Translations under genes and position numbers: made by a program
Virus record (IMG/VR): IMGVR_UViG_3300036766_000194
Coordinates: 186,001-250,000 of that record
Reading direction: 5' to 3' (one strand)
Length of the DNA: 64,000 nucleotides
Shown here: positions 8,701-17,370 of the stretch, piece by piece
How positions within the stretch are numbered: position 1 is the first letter of the stretch
Layout: each line of letters opens with the position of its first letter
Notes under the pieces: generated by a model
Database searches by the model: none
Told to the model about the DNA's origin: nothing
The model's input: only the letters and a program-made list of their open reading frames with translations

Positions 8701-9893
8701 AGAAGTTGTACGAATTCAAAACTCTTTTCAAGTTCTGGATTTTCGTCAACAAAAGTTTCTACGTTGTTGACTAATTCACGAACATATTGCTTAAAGGCAT
8801 CATGAGAAAGTCCGGTTCTTTTCATCCACTCATCAGCATACATTCTACGGCTACTATGAGAAGATTTGGTATCCTCGCGAGCATCACGCAACATCAAACT
8901 GAACAGTAATTTGTAATTCTTAGCCTGCTGAGGCTTGTACTTCTTATCTATCCAATCATTAAAGAGTTTAGAGAAACGGGATATGTCTTCCCACTGCATA
9001 GTTTCTTCTACTTCTGGTTGTGTTGCGTGCTCGGGAATGTCAAGAATATTTGTGGTGAGATCACCCTCAGGATTTCTCATTCCTCCCCTACTAGGACTCG
9101 ATGTACTAGCAGACTCGTCCGTCTCCTTAAACATAGGAACAGTACCACCATAGGGCTTAACATCTTTGGAATGACATTTAGGACAATTTAAACTTTCTTT
9201 TGAACTTCCAGAAAAGAAAGTTTTTCCACAGTCTTCGCACTTGTATCGACGACCCGAAGGAGTATCTACACTCTGACTCAAACGACGGAGATTATCCACA
9301 GCATCACTATAGCGCCAAGAAAACAGAGTTTTTAGATATTCAGTGACTCTTTTTTCAAGAGGCTTGTCTTTATATTGTTGAAGAGGTTTCCAACTATTCA
9401 TAGCCTCTTCAAACTTACTAAGAGCATTACGGTCCCAAAGTTCCTTGATAATAATTTCCTGAGCAGCTTCTCGTATCAGTTCTTTATCATGAACATTGGT
9501 GTTACTATACAATCGGGATAGGTATGTCGTATTAAACCAACCATCCCAGTTCATCTTGGGATCAATAGGCATGCCCGCTTGTTTTAGTGCTTCATGGACA
9601 ATCACAGAAAACTTTAGACTAGCACAGAAACGAAATCTGGCCGCTATTCTGGCGAATAGAGGTGACAGCGGAACCATCGCTGCAAATTTTTCTGCGGTTA
9701 GATTTATAGGTTGCCCAGCTAAGTTAGTGACGCACAGAACGGTCTTATTGGAACTCGTAACCTTAGCGGTTACGCGGAACACAGGACCAGCTAGGGTATG
9801 AACGATGTCCCCAGTTTCTAACTTGGCGAGCTTTCTAAGATCTACCGCTTGTAGTTCAGCGCCTACTATTTTGTTCAAAATGTTAAAGTTCAT
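5799..9893 (-). CDS. 1364-aa mosaic protein: sigma-like helical region with a Zn-ribbon insert, further Zn ribbons, LigA-type BRCT domain
   Basis: CEDCG...CPKCH, CTNCG...CQGCG and CPLCG...CHSCN ribbons; LSGITFCITGVFPEKRDEITKKLVNLGA...GSVTRSTQVLIVGEKPGRDKTQAAARLG matches BRCT. Confidence 0.8.
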   Translation of the reverse strand: MNFNILNKIVGAELQAVDLRKLAKLETGDIVHTLAGPVFRVTAKVTSSNKTVLCVTNLAGQPINLTAEKFAAMVPLSPLFARIAARFRFCASLKFSVIVHEALKQAGMPIDPKMNWDGWFNTTYLSRLYSNTNVHDKELIREAAQEIIIKELWDRNALSKFEEAMNSWKPLQQYKDKPLEKRVTEYLKTLFSWRYSDAVDNLRRLSQSVDTPSGRRYKCEDCGKTFFSGSSKESLNCPKCHSKDVKPYGGTVPMFKETDESASTSSPSRGGMRNPEGDLTTNILDIPEHATQPEVEETMQWEDISRFSKLFNDWIDKKYKPQQAKNYKLLFSLMLRDAREDTKSSHSSRRMYADEWMKRTGLSHDAFKQYVRELVNNVETFVDENPELEKSFEFVQLLMNVLRKKRKDEVVSEPKASSLTLAAVEEKQSATDPYANQQPNTSGSPVQVLDPAKQELQDKSKMPSLRTVQPGQMQQQQPQRTVAPEILPVKHGAEGSNWGVHGGEYDQLPKKCLSDLSQPFIAYYAVRWWQKELGFNVPREEAIRFIKEGGGGIWTEEELSAMPDITLSQIVLWIVSRQQQEESRNKTSGNEEELEKLRADLGKQLDDSETPKDPELQEALKRNKDEYNRRHGRPVTSAGEGRIEPEPEREKAYNAVMGRYGRYVEWEGDTLTIPRSYKGKIEELVHDSGGILEDADELMITSEDKESAKRGKHCTNCGSDQIQVLPQDGSYIDVCQGCGNTGNFSNFMAVSEADISGGQLVNSQCPLCGHSPIYLEDPSHNLPNKYYCHSCNKGFDEIVDRDTSPGEHADNPGPWDRHGKPLTSSNKLTADEGDSDQDYPNLTQLTWYGTPNLISKSLDILEKMPANFIAIFWEGGYGGAGTIRVAPLKIAPKTLQEFADVFESEPRYVAAAAAEGYYSFISKEDLISAFEQLLQNPGQDPSYFTDTEGMNSLMELPDWEAQYRRYHKFSSTKRYEYYGHGQIHFENKTQVWLWYGEIMGQLSDGMWENAPPRNHWEPLADANVSVGTPGMKDVWTKRIYNFSRSDLLSLVGDRMLWYGKGAIAYPNIADDESVIRAIGVVGQTQGKLFYDFQKSDFAKAEEYTGDNLALIVTKLNDAKYSRSQMVGDLKQMSDVIAGRKSKLSPHAPASEDQSGEAPKQILSGITFCITGVFPEKRDEITKKLVNLGAVAHGSVTRSTQVLIVGEKPGRDKTQAAARLGTKEVGIEYLQDVFDKAGVPFGKKACWKSAFLISAAPSNFSGRQSLAAGGKRAAPNWLNDLETRGYSRDTMAVQVVGVKDGEITPNGHGYQMFPNLTEAKKVFPDLDPDHSGKRFSWAMRGETPGPDSYPAMRFESWAAEQMYST

Positions 9894-10576
9894 GTTTGAG
9901 CCTTCTTATGAGGATTCGGCATTGGGTATTTATCTAGATTACGCAATCTCGATTCACGAAGTTTAGCGCGGGTTTCAAGAGTGTGCGTTTTCCCAAAGAA
10001 ATGATTCTTTTCACCTTTCACTGAATCACGTTGTTTATTACAAGATTCTTGACTACGGGTTAGTCCTATATGAGAATCGCGAAGTTTATGTAAAGTTTCC
10101 TCACTAGCTTTTTTACCAAGACGACCATTATGGATAGCTTTTAGTCCTTCAGGAGTATGGTTAGGATGACTTCCTGTCATCTTTTTTGTGAAATTTTCAC
10201 GGATTTCTGATAGTGTCCACATTTTTCTAGAAGCAGTCGCGATCTTCTCTTTTGTTTTTGAAGTGTGAGGTCCCGTGAAACCTTCTCCGCCACGACAAAT
10301 ATTATAACCGATGTCGGGATGCTGAGATTTCAAACTTTTTATGAGCAACTTCTCGTACTCGCAGATTTCTCGATTAGTTTGACCTTCAAAAAGAGGGAAA
10401 ATGTGAAAATGCTCAGGACCGTATTTGCGGATAGCCTTATAAAGATGGGAACGCAAAGACACGTAGTGTTTTGCGTCGTAAAATTTCTGCTTCAGGTATC
10501 GGGTTAAGCAGGACCCTGTAGTCTTACCGATGTAGATTTTCCAAGTTACATCACAAACAATTAGGTATACAAACAC
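9890..10576 (-). CDS. GIY-YIG homing endonuclease with NUMOD3 repeats
   Basis: VYLIVCDVTWKIYIGKT; GYNICRGGEG; HTSKTKEKI, SEETLHKL, HTLETRAKL. Confidence 0.9.
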   Translation of the reverse strand: MFVYLIVCDVTWKIYIGKTTGSCLTRYLKQKFYDAKHYVSLRSHLYKAIRKYGPEHFHIFPLFEGQTNREICEYEKLLIKSLKSQHPDIGYNICRGGEGFTGPHTSKTKEKIATASRKMWTLSEIRENFTKKMTGSHPNHTPEGLKAIHNGRLGKKASEETLHKLRDSHIGLTRSQESCNKQRDSVKGEKNHFFGKTHTLETRAKLRESRLRNLDKYPMPNPHKKAQT

Positions 10577-10624
10577 GAAATCCCTCCTCTAAGGGAGGGT
10601 CTCATAGTTAGAAAACGTAAGTCG

Positions 10625-10843
10625 TTAATCTAAATTTACGTCGTTAGGATCCCAGCTCGTCTTTTCTCCTTCTTTTAATACAGACGAAAGGATGTCAGTG
10701 TATTCACTGTGGTCTTCAATAGCCTGGGGAGCTTTAGGTGCCCCATTCTGATCAGCCACAGACACTGCTATTTTCATACGCTTATGCTCACCTGTAAGCA
10801 GAGAGTTCATAGCGGTTGCGTCAACTTTTGCTATTTTTGCCAT
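10625..10843 (-). CDS. Small hypothetical head-module protein
   Basis: ORF with AGGAG SD. Confidence 0.7.
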   Translation of the reverse strand: MAKIAKVDATAMNSLLTGEHKRMKIAVSVADQNGAPKAPQAIEDHSEYTDILSSVLKEGEKTSWDPNDVNLD

Positions 10844-10917
10844 TCTAGTGCTCCTATGGGACTACGGGATGCCCCTCATTCTGGGGTCAAAAAGTCTAAA
10901 ATTTCGTAAGTTATGGA

Positions 10918-11247
10918 TTATGTTGGATAATAAATAGCTGTTAAGGCAAATCCTCCCAAAGTATTCGGGGGAGAACTAGAGTCTGTGAAGGGAGGATTCG
11001 GCATGTGGTGGATAACTTGGACTATGCCTTGTAAGTTGAAAGTCTTGTCGGCGAACAGCAAATAGCGATTGTTTACTGAGTCAAAAATGTAACTTGTTAT
11101 ATTTAACCCTTCTCCGTCTACATATACTTTTACATCTTTCGTAGGATCAAAAGAACCTGTAACGGCAGAAGAAAAGGGACCAGTTAAAGGAACACACTGA
11201 ATGACTATACGATTAGGATATGTCCCGGTTGTGGCTGCGTTAAGCAT
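10918..11247 (-). CDS. Hypothetical structural protein
   Basis: ORF track; beta-rich; overlaps the upstream stop. Confidence 0.7.
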   Translation of the reverse strand: MLNAATTGTYPNRIVIQCVPLTGPFSSAVTGSFDPTKDVKVYVDGEGLNITSYIFDSVNNRYLLFADKTFNLQGIVQVIHHMPNPPFTDSSSPPNTLGGFALTAIYYPT

Positions 11248-12607
11248 TAGATGTCCTCAAGAATGATGACTTCTTCTTAGGGGGTTTTTGAACAAGAGTT
11301 CTCTTGTAAGGAAGTCCTTTATGAAGGTGTGGTCCGGCAGGATGCTCTTCAATTTGTCCGGGCTTCTTCTTAGGAGCATTTTTCTCTTCCAGCAGCTTCT
11401 TATGCTTCTCTCGTATCAATTTACCTCGTTCTTCTTTTTCTTGCCATTTGAGAAATTCTTTATCTTCTTCCTCTGGTGTACTTGGTACAGTTACGATATC
11501 GGGCTTCTTCTCGGGCTTCTCTGGCTCTTCTACAGCCATTTCTTCCTCTTCACCAGGTTCTGTACGCTTTACAATACCCTGTTCTTTTAGAATACGTTCT
11601 CTTTCTCTCTTCTCCAATCCCTCTTGTAACTTTTGCTGTATCTGTTCATCCTTAGGAAGTAACTGGCGACGAATGGTAGGTGTGGGTTTACCCTCTTCTT
11701 CCCACTTTTCTTCCACTCTCTTTACCTCAAGTTTACGAATGATGTTATCCACGTTATGTTGAACAGACGGTAGAATGCGCTCAAACACTGATTTACAATG
11801 TTTGCAGATAACAAAATTACTACGAAGATCAAGACGTTTTGTAGGGGCTTGGAGCTTAGGGCGCGGTTCTCCTTCTAGCCCATCTCTCTGATGTAGATTC
11901 CACTGTGCTCCCCAGTAAAGGAAAGCAGGACAACTACAAGAAACACGTACATCAAGATTCTTAGCATCACCCGTTTCCTCCACCTTAGAAACATCAAAAT
12001 GAACACGAACTTCATGACCAGAAGGGTCTGATTCGGGGAGGTTACATTTTACATTGTAATCTAAGAATAGATCTTTGGGATCAGACTTACGGAGAATAGG
12101 AGTACAACCTGGACGATTCTTAACTGAAAAGGCATTCGTTTGTTGAACAAGATCGGGTAGAGACGCAGCAGACTTAGCAGCAAAAACACGACGATTTTCT
12201 AAAGAATCTAGAGCTTCTTCTATAGTCTTAAATTTTCGATGAAAAGGTGGATTGTAAGATTCAATCAAAACTTCTTTACTAGAGTTAGCTCCCTGTAAAA
12301 AGTCTATGATATGAGAACGGATCCGAGGGGTTAATTCTTTAAATTCTACAAAATAATCCCTAGAATACACAGCCACACGTATGCACCCAGCATCTAAAGC
12401 AGTCCTAGTGTTTGTATAACCCAATTCTTGAGCCAGGTTTGTATGTGGATCTACAAGTCTTGGTAGTAGAGGATGAATAGTTCCTTCTGTATCTATCCAA
12501 CCTCCATTCACATAGATAGAGGATTCTTCATCACGCGGGGTCAGACCGACCTTGTACGCGCCAGCAATAACACGTTTTAATGGGATGCGTATGTAGACTT
12601 TTTCCAT
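11240..12607 (-). CDS. SWIM zinc-finger protein with a charged C-terminal tail
   Basis: VRVSCSCPAFLYWG...ICKH SWIM motif. Confidence 0.75.
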   Translation of the reverse strand: MEKVYIRIPLKRVIAGAYKVGLTPRDEESSIYVNGGWIDTEGTIHPLLPRLVDPHTNLAQELGYTNTRTALDAGCIRVAVYSRDYFVEFKELTPRIRSHIIDFLQGANSSKEVLIESYNPPFHRKFKTIEEALDSLENRRVFAAKSAASLPDLVQQTNAFSVKNRPGCTPILRKSDPKDLFLDYNVKCNLPESDPSGHEVRVHFDVSKVEETGDAKNLDVRVSCSCPAFLYWGAQWNLHQRDGLEGEPRPKLQAPTKRLDLRSNFVICKHCKSVFERILPSVQHNVDNIIRKLEVKRVEEKWEEEGKPTPTIRRQLLPKDEQIQQKLQEGLEKRERERILKEQGIVKRTEPGEEEEMAVEEPEKPEKKPDIVTVPSTPEEEDKEFLKWQEKEERGKLIREKHKKLLEEKNAPKKKPGQIEEHPAGPHLHKGLPYKRTLVQKPPKKKSSFLRTSNA

Positions 12608-12639
12608 TCCCTAGTCCTTCACTAAGGGAATGAAAGTTC

Positions 12640-13062
12640 TTAAAGCAATTTGTCAAACACCCCGGCATTCATCAGTCTGTGTAATTCAGCCATAAATTTA
12701 CGTCCATGATCATCGAATTCAGGGTACGAACTTACATGACACATCTCATGAATTAGGGTAAGTTCCGTTTGATTAGGAGTGAGGTTATGTTTGGGATTAA
12801 TCTCAATGATAAATACCCCATTTTCATAAGAAGTAAATCCTGTATATTCGTCACTACCACCATAGCGAATTATCACTTTATTAGGCAATTTGGAAGAGAA
12901 GTATTTTTTGTTGTTATTCTTATACATTTCTTGTAATTCTATAATAGAAGGAGAATCAGAAGAACAAGCTGAAGGGGGTATCCTGCTGACAATATCAGTG
13001 TTTCCAATGCTAAGGACCATTAGAATTACTGTCGTAATTATAAATAATAAAATCTTTAACAT
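12640..13062 (-). CDS. SprT-like zinc metalloprotease with an N-terminal hydrophobic segment
   Basis: TLIHEMCHV...DDHGRKF. Confidence 0.8.
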   Translation of the reverse strand: MLKILLFIITTVILMVLSIGNTDIVSRIPPSACSSDSPSIIELQEMYKNNNKKYFSSKLPNKVIIRYGGSDEYTGFTSYENGVFIIEINPKHNLTPNQTELTLIHEMCHVSSYPEFDDHGRKFMAELHRLMNAGVFDKLL

Positions 13063-13070
13063 TTGTACCC

Positions 13071-13397
13071 CTATGTGTACCCTAGCGGATGAGGATTTCC
13101 TTCACCATAAAATGTGACAATTGTCTTGGTTAAATCACGTCCTAAATTTATACCATTGATAAGCATTTTACGCATAACAAGAGCCTTAACATAACGACGA
13201 TATTCGCTTATTGTCATGTCGCCTTTGTCATTGTTACAACTCCAACAAGCGGGGAGTAGATTATAATCCAAATTCCTACCTCCACGCGAGCGAGGTTTGG
13301 CGTGATCAATTGTATCGGCATAGTGTCCGCAGTACCAACAACGACCACGGCACTTATACATAGTGCGCATCCACTTAATTTTAGGCACGCGAGACAC
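13071..13397 (-). CDS. HNH endonuclease
   Basis: CWYCG...TIDHAKPRSRGG...NLLPACWSCNNDKG. Confidence 0.9.
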   Translation of the reverse strand: MSRVPKIKWMRTMYKCRGRCWYCGHYADTIDHAKPRSRGGRNLDYNLLPACWSCNNDKGDMTISEYRRYVKALVMRKMLINGINLGRDLTKTIVTFYGEGNPHPLGYT

Positions 13398-13408
13398 AAA
13401 AACCTTTC

Positions 13409-13834
13409 TTAGATGCTAACATCATCAACTTTTAGTTTTTTAACTTGAGGTTTAGCTTGAGGAGCCTTGGGCTTTTCCTTAACTTCAGGTTCTACCACTA
13501 CTACCCCAACGACTTCCGTAACAGGTTCAATGACTGGAAGTTCAATGACTGGAAGTTCAACAACAGCAAGTTCAGGGGCCGGGAGGGCTGATGGAGAGTC
13601 CTTTATATCATCAAAGAATCTGCCCTTAACTAGGGCTTCTATAGATATAGAAGACTGACCAGGCAACACCCTCGCTATCTGCTCATTCCTGTAAATGGTT
13701 AAATTGTTATTATTCTGGGCATCAAATACCAAAATATCCCCTGGACGCGTGAGGAATCCTTCGATGTTCCTGCCGTTTATATCATAACCACCCGACAAAT
13801 GAACAGCTTTTTTTACAACAAACGATTTTTGCAT
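13409..13834 (-). CDS. Hypothetical protein with a short (V/I)ELPV repeat
   Basis: ORF with GGAGG SD; 15-bp tandem repeat near 13527-13560. Confidence 0.7.
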   Translation of the reverse strand: MQKSFVVKKAVHLSGGYDINGRNIEGFLTRPGDILVFDAQNNNNLTIYRNEQIARVLPGQSSISIEALVKGRFFDDIKDSPSALPAPELAVVELPVIELPVIEPVTEVVGVVVVEPEVKEKPKAPQAKPQVKKLKVDDVSI

Positions 13835-13892
13835 GAAAATGATATTTGAGCCTCCGTAGAGTTAATACTCTAAAATAGGTTCTATAAAACAA

Positions 13893-13924
13893 AACGACCC
13901 TTGACTTTTCAGCCGAGGGTCGTT
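13893..13924 (-). terminator. Rho-independent terminator after the major capsid gene
   Basis: AACGACCCT/AGGGTCGTT stem followed by TTTTGTTTT on the minus strand. Confidence 0.8.
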
Positions 13925-13946
13925 AGGAAGTTATTCCCGCTATTGT

Positions 13947-14924
13947 TTAGCGGTCAGAAGTACCTACTCCAGAACCCGTACCAGTTGTTGCGCCACGGGT
14001 GATGAGCACGCGTTGAACTCCGCTCGGGTTGAATACGAGGAAGCCCAGGTTCTCGAAGATCGAGAAACCGATCTGACGAAGGTCAGGACGATCTGCCGAC
14101 ATAACCGTTAGAGGGATACGCTCAGGGATAACGCCAAGGAACTCTGCGTCTGCCAGAACATAAAATGTGCCGTAGCCAATTTTACGAGACTGGAGAAGCG
14201 TTGCGCCCCAGAGATAACCCATAACACCCGTCTTGAGCAGCTTGCGCTGAGTTTCACGGTCGATGTTAGCATCTGTCCACTTGAGCAAGTCAGCATAGTC
14301 GCGGGGGTTGAAGAAGACATAAGCGATAGACAGGTCGTGACGAGTAACCTGAGCAAAGCTATCTGCCATCTGGCTCACCGAGACTGGTGCTGTGATTGTC
14401 TGGTCGATGTTGTAGACGTAGTCGTTTACGTTGGAGCCAGCTGCAGCGTTAGCTGCTACTGCCACACCATCAAACAACTGGAATACATAAGCATCTTCCT
14501 GTGCGCCAACTTCTGCCTTAGCAAGGTTGAGCGCACGGGCGACCAAGTCAAAACGGCGTTCTTTGATCTGCGTGATCGGAATCATCGGGTTAGAGACGAT
14601 TTCGAACGTAGGAACGGTTACGCGCTTTGGCTTTGTGACGGAAACGATGTCTCCACCCTCTTCACCAACTACGAATGCCTCAACGAACGAGCCACCCTGT
14701 AAATCGGTGTTGACGGATCCACTGACATCAAATTCCTTGTCGTAGATCGGGAGTGCGCCATCAGGAAGCGTCTCGACCATGAGTGCCTTACGTGCGATAC
14801 TCATATAGTCGCGACGACGGCGGAGTGAAGGACCCAACGATGCGGCCAACTTCTGACGTCCACCTGCGGTCTTGAGCAACTGCCCAAGCATTGCGGTTTG
14901 CTGCTGTGTTCTAGAAAGATTCAT
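13947..14924 (-). CDS. Major capsid protein
   Basis: RRRRDYMSIARKALMVETLPDGALPIYDKE and VTVPTFEIVSNPMI motifs of a large-phage MCP family; follows protease, scaffold and decoration genes; terminator downstream. Confidence 0.85.
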   Translation of the reverse strand: MNLSRTQQQTAMLGQLLKTAGGRQKLAASLGPSLRRRRDYMSIARKALMVETLPDGALPIYDKEFDVSGSVNTDLQGGSFVEAFVVGEEGGDIVSVTKPKRVTVPTFEIVSNPMIPITQIKERRFDLVARALNLAKAEVGAQEDAYVFQLFDGVAVAANAAAGSNVNDYVYNIDQTITAPVSVSQMADSFAQVTRHDLSIAYVFFNPRDYADLLKWTDANIDRETQRKLLKTGVMGYLWGATLLQSRKIGYGTFYVLADAEFLGVIPERIPLTVMSADRPDLRQIGFSIFENLGFLVFNPSGVQRVLITRGATTGTGSGVGTSDR

Positions 14925-14948
14925 AGTAGTCTCTTTTCATCCTCTCTC

Positions 14949-15458
14949 TTAGAGCAAGCTCGCAACGCCAAGCCAAGGCTCGGTTGCGGTTGGAATGTGT
15001 GTGCATACGCCGACAGCAGGGTTTCCTGAGAGAGTACCCTTACGAGCACTCGAGGTATACTTGCCGATATTAGTGCTAGTGGTTCCGCCGCAATAAACAT
15101 ATGCTCCTACAACGAAAGTTGCAGAGGCATCGTAGGCTTCGGAATCAACGATTCCTTGCCAAAATGCGCGAACAACAGGGGCTTTCTTCGAACCCGCAGG
15201 TCCGATTGCGCCAGCGAACTCACCCGGACCGTTGAGCAGTGTTGCATAGGGCACTTGTGCCGCTGCCGTATCTGCATCGCACGGAACCGCGACTACGCCG
15301 CGCCCTGCAGTTGCAGAAGTTTTAAGGGCAACGATAATTCCACCCTTGTAACCTGCAGCCGAAAGAACAGCCTGGTCAGTTCCTGGATCGCCAGTCAGTG
15401 TAACATCCGGAACAGTAGTTCCGTCGTTCTGACCATAATAGATCAGTTTAAGTGACAT
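14949..15458 (-). CDS. Capsid decoration/stabilising protein
   Basis: Directly upstream of the MCP; start moved to MSLKLIYYG at 15458. Confidence 0.7.
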   Translation of the reverse strand: MSLKLIYYGQNDGTTVPDVTLTGDPGTDQAVLSAAGYKGGIIVALKTSATAGRGVVAVPCDADTAAAQVPYATLLNGPGEFAGAIGPAGSKKAPVVRAFWQGIVDSEAYDASATFVVGAYVYCGGTTSTNIGKYTSSARKGTLSGNPAVGVCTHIPTATEPWLGVASLL

Positions 15459-15610
15459 ATTTTTGGTTCTCCAATGTAGCTTTTGAATTTTGTATTTATC
15501 CCAGTCTAGCGGGTTGGAGACCCGGTAAGACTTTAGGATGAATACAATGACTACATTCATTATGAAAAAGTTAGTAAAGAAAGCATTAAACTAGCGAACT
15601 CCTAAACATT

Positions 15611-16216
15611 ATGTCCTTAGTGTATCTAATACATTGCACGCTTTCTAAAAAACCTTATATTGGGCAAACTATTCAATCTCTAAAAGATAGGTGGAAAGGG
15701 CACTGCTCCGATGCCCGAGCAGGGTCAAAAACTCATTTAGCTAATGCTATTCGCAAGTATGGAGCAAATGCATTTGAATTGTCCGTAGTATGTGAGGGTG
15801 AATTCACACAGCAAGAATTAGATAATCTAGAAAAACTCTGGATCATAGTGTTAAATGCACATGAAACGGTGGGAGGATATAATCAAACTTGGGGAGGAAC
15901 TAGTAATGCAGGATATTGGCATAGGGGCAAAAAGCGTTCTCCAAAAACCTGTGAAAAAATCAGAAAAGCTAAATTAGGAAACAAAAATCCGATGTTTGGG
16001 AAAAAGAATCCAAAAGGCTCTTTTTCAGCAACTAATAATCCTATGAAAGGAAAACGTAAATCTAAGGCATGGAAACAAAAAGTAAGCAAAATCATGTCAC
16101 ATCCAAGAACTCTTGAACATTACCAGGCTGTTCTATTAGGTAGAAGATCAAAAGGTCAGCACATCAAAAAAGAAGTTTGTAAAAAATATCAAATTTCTTA
16201 TCTAGACAAATACTAA
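15611..16216 (+). CDS. GIY-YIG homing endonuclease with NUMOD3, antisense to the head operon
   Basis: LVYLIHCTLSKKPYIGQT...RWKGH; GYNQTWGG; SPKTCEKI; NPMFGK. Confidence 0.9.
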   Translation: MSLVYLIHCTLSKKPYIGQTIQSLKDRWKGHCSDARAGSKTHLANAIRKYGANAFELSVVCEGEFTQQELDNLEKLWIIVLNAHETVGGYNQTWGGTSNAGYWHRGKKRSPKTCEKIRKAKLGNKNPMFGKKNPKGSFSATNNPMKGKRKSKAWKQKVSKIMSHPRTLEHYQAVLLGRRSKGQHIKKEVCKKYQISYLDKY

Positions 16217-16259
16217 CTTTTCTCCAATCCCTACAGTAGAGTATAATTGGAGGAACGTC

Positions 16260-16523
16260 ATGCCAACCGGATGCAAATGTGGTGAAAATAAAACTGCTGA
16301 TGTTGGAACTCTTTGGTATGTAGAAGGAAGAAACGCTTATTCAGCCGACGCTTCAGATCTTCAACACTCTGGAGAACGAGGAAAGAAATGCCCTGGATGT
16401 AACGGACCCATGCCACCAGTACGGCTGAACTTTCTTCCAAGATCTCAAGGGGGAGAAAACATAACCCACTGGATAGGTCGATGTCTTAACTGTAAAGCCA
16501 ATATAACTATTTGGAATGACTAA
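16260..16523 (+). CDS. Zn-ribbon protein; copy of the C-terminal domain of 55090..56055
   Basis: Identical to the C-terminus of 55090..56055 from GCKCGENKTA onward; own SD (GGAGG) and promoter-like CAGTAGAGTATAAT. Confidence 0.75.
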   Translation: MPTGCKCGENKTADVGTLWYVEGRNAYSADASDLQHSGERGKKCPGCNGPMPPVRLNFLPRSQGGENITHWIGRCLNCKANITIWND

Positions 16524-16525
16524 AA
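16269..16525 (+). repeat. 257-bp inverted repeat, copy A (partner 55088..55344)
   Basis: Compared base by base with the reverse complement of 55088..55344; no mismatch found. Confidence 0.95.
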
Positions 16526-16587
16526 TTGTGTATGACCAGATGGGTAAACTCGAGGACGCAATTCTTAAAGCTGAGGAGAATAGGTGA
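16516..16587 (+). CDS. 23-aa micro-ORF MTKIVYDQMGKLEDAILKAEENR
   Basis: ATG overlaps the previous stop; IVYDQMGK comes from a 26-bp match to 55467..55492. Confidence 0.35.
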   Translation: MTKIVYDQMGKLEDAILKAEENR

Positions 16588-16651
16588 TTCATATCTTCAA
16601 GACTTTCGACCAACGTCGGGAACGCCGTATTAAAACAAAAAGGAGCCGCTA

Positions 16652-16870
16652 ATGGACACTAATCGGCAGGCAATTCTTTTTCATCTCAAAAAGGGAGCAT
16701 CTCTAAAGATCGCTCTAAATAATCCTCAGGTGGCTTTTGTTTTCTATCCTGATGAAAAGTACGTCCCAGTGAACGCTGACACGGCTGCTGCTTTAATTGA
16801 AGAAGGGAATCTCATTGAAGTAAATCCTGGAGTTTTTGATCTTCTCAAGATTGCTTCAAACATAGTATAA
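16652..16870 (+). CDS. Hypothetical protein
   Basis: AAAGGAG SD. Confidence 0.7.
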   Translation: MDTNRQAILFHLKKGASLKIALNNPQVAFVFYPDEKYVPVNADTAAALIEEGNLIEVNPGVFDLLKIASNIV

Positions 16871-17196
16871 TGTTTTGGATACTTCTATTAGTTCAAAATG
16901 TAATACTTCCTCTACTCCTCGCCTATGGTGTGTTGAAAATGGACCAATATTGGCATGGGAAGCAGGAATTCAACCGCGCCTATGCGCGTGCTGTCAGTTT
17001 AGGTGTGGATAGTCGTAAACACCCAGAAAAAGTCACCTTGGAAGCTCTATTCATGGCCAGTGAAGCAGAGTTAGAATACGCAACAGAGAATATTGGGAGA
17101 GATGTAAACCAAATCTTCAAAGAATTGGAAGAAGAAATTTCTGACGAGTTAATGGAACACGTATTTCGTGGAAGATCAAAATCCTCGGGTGCTTAA
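16870..17196 (+). CDS. Hypothetical protein with an N-terminal TM helix
   Basis: TAATG coupling; hydrophobic N-terminus. Confidence 0.7.
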   Translation: MFWILLLVQNVILPLLLAYGVLKMDQYWHGKQEFNRAYARAVSLGVDSRKHPEKVTLEALFMASEAELEYATENIGRDVNQIFKELEEEISDELMEHVFRGRSKSSGA

Positions 17197-17366
17197 TGTG
17201 ACCGTCAGACTATGACTGTTATTACGTGGTGGGGATATTTTCTTCATTAGAAAAAGCACGGGAGTTTGCTGCTGAAAAGAATTCGGCCTACTCTGGTATA
17301 CACGAATATGTTTTAGATGAAGTTTTAGGTGAACCCGGTGAAGAAGTCTATCACTCCGTCGTATAA
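17196..17366 (+). pseudogene. Small phage protein with TGA at codon 2 (pseudogene or readthrough)
   Basis: ATG TGA CCG TCA GAC TAT...; downstream frame SDYDCYYVVGIFSSLEKAREF...IHEYVLDE is open to TAA at 17366. Confidence 0.5.
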
Positions 17367-17370
17367 AACG

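Noticed and set aside
16269-16525. 257-bp repeat pair as a DGR template/variable region
   Set aside because: Copies are identical with no adenine-specific differences, and there is no reverse transcriptase in the window
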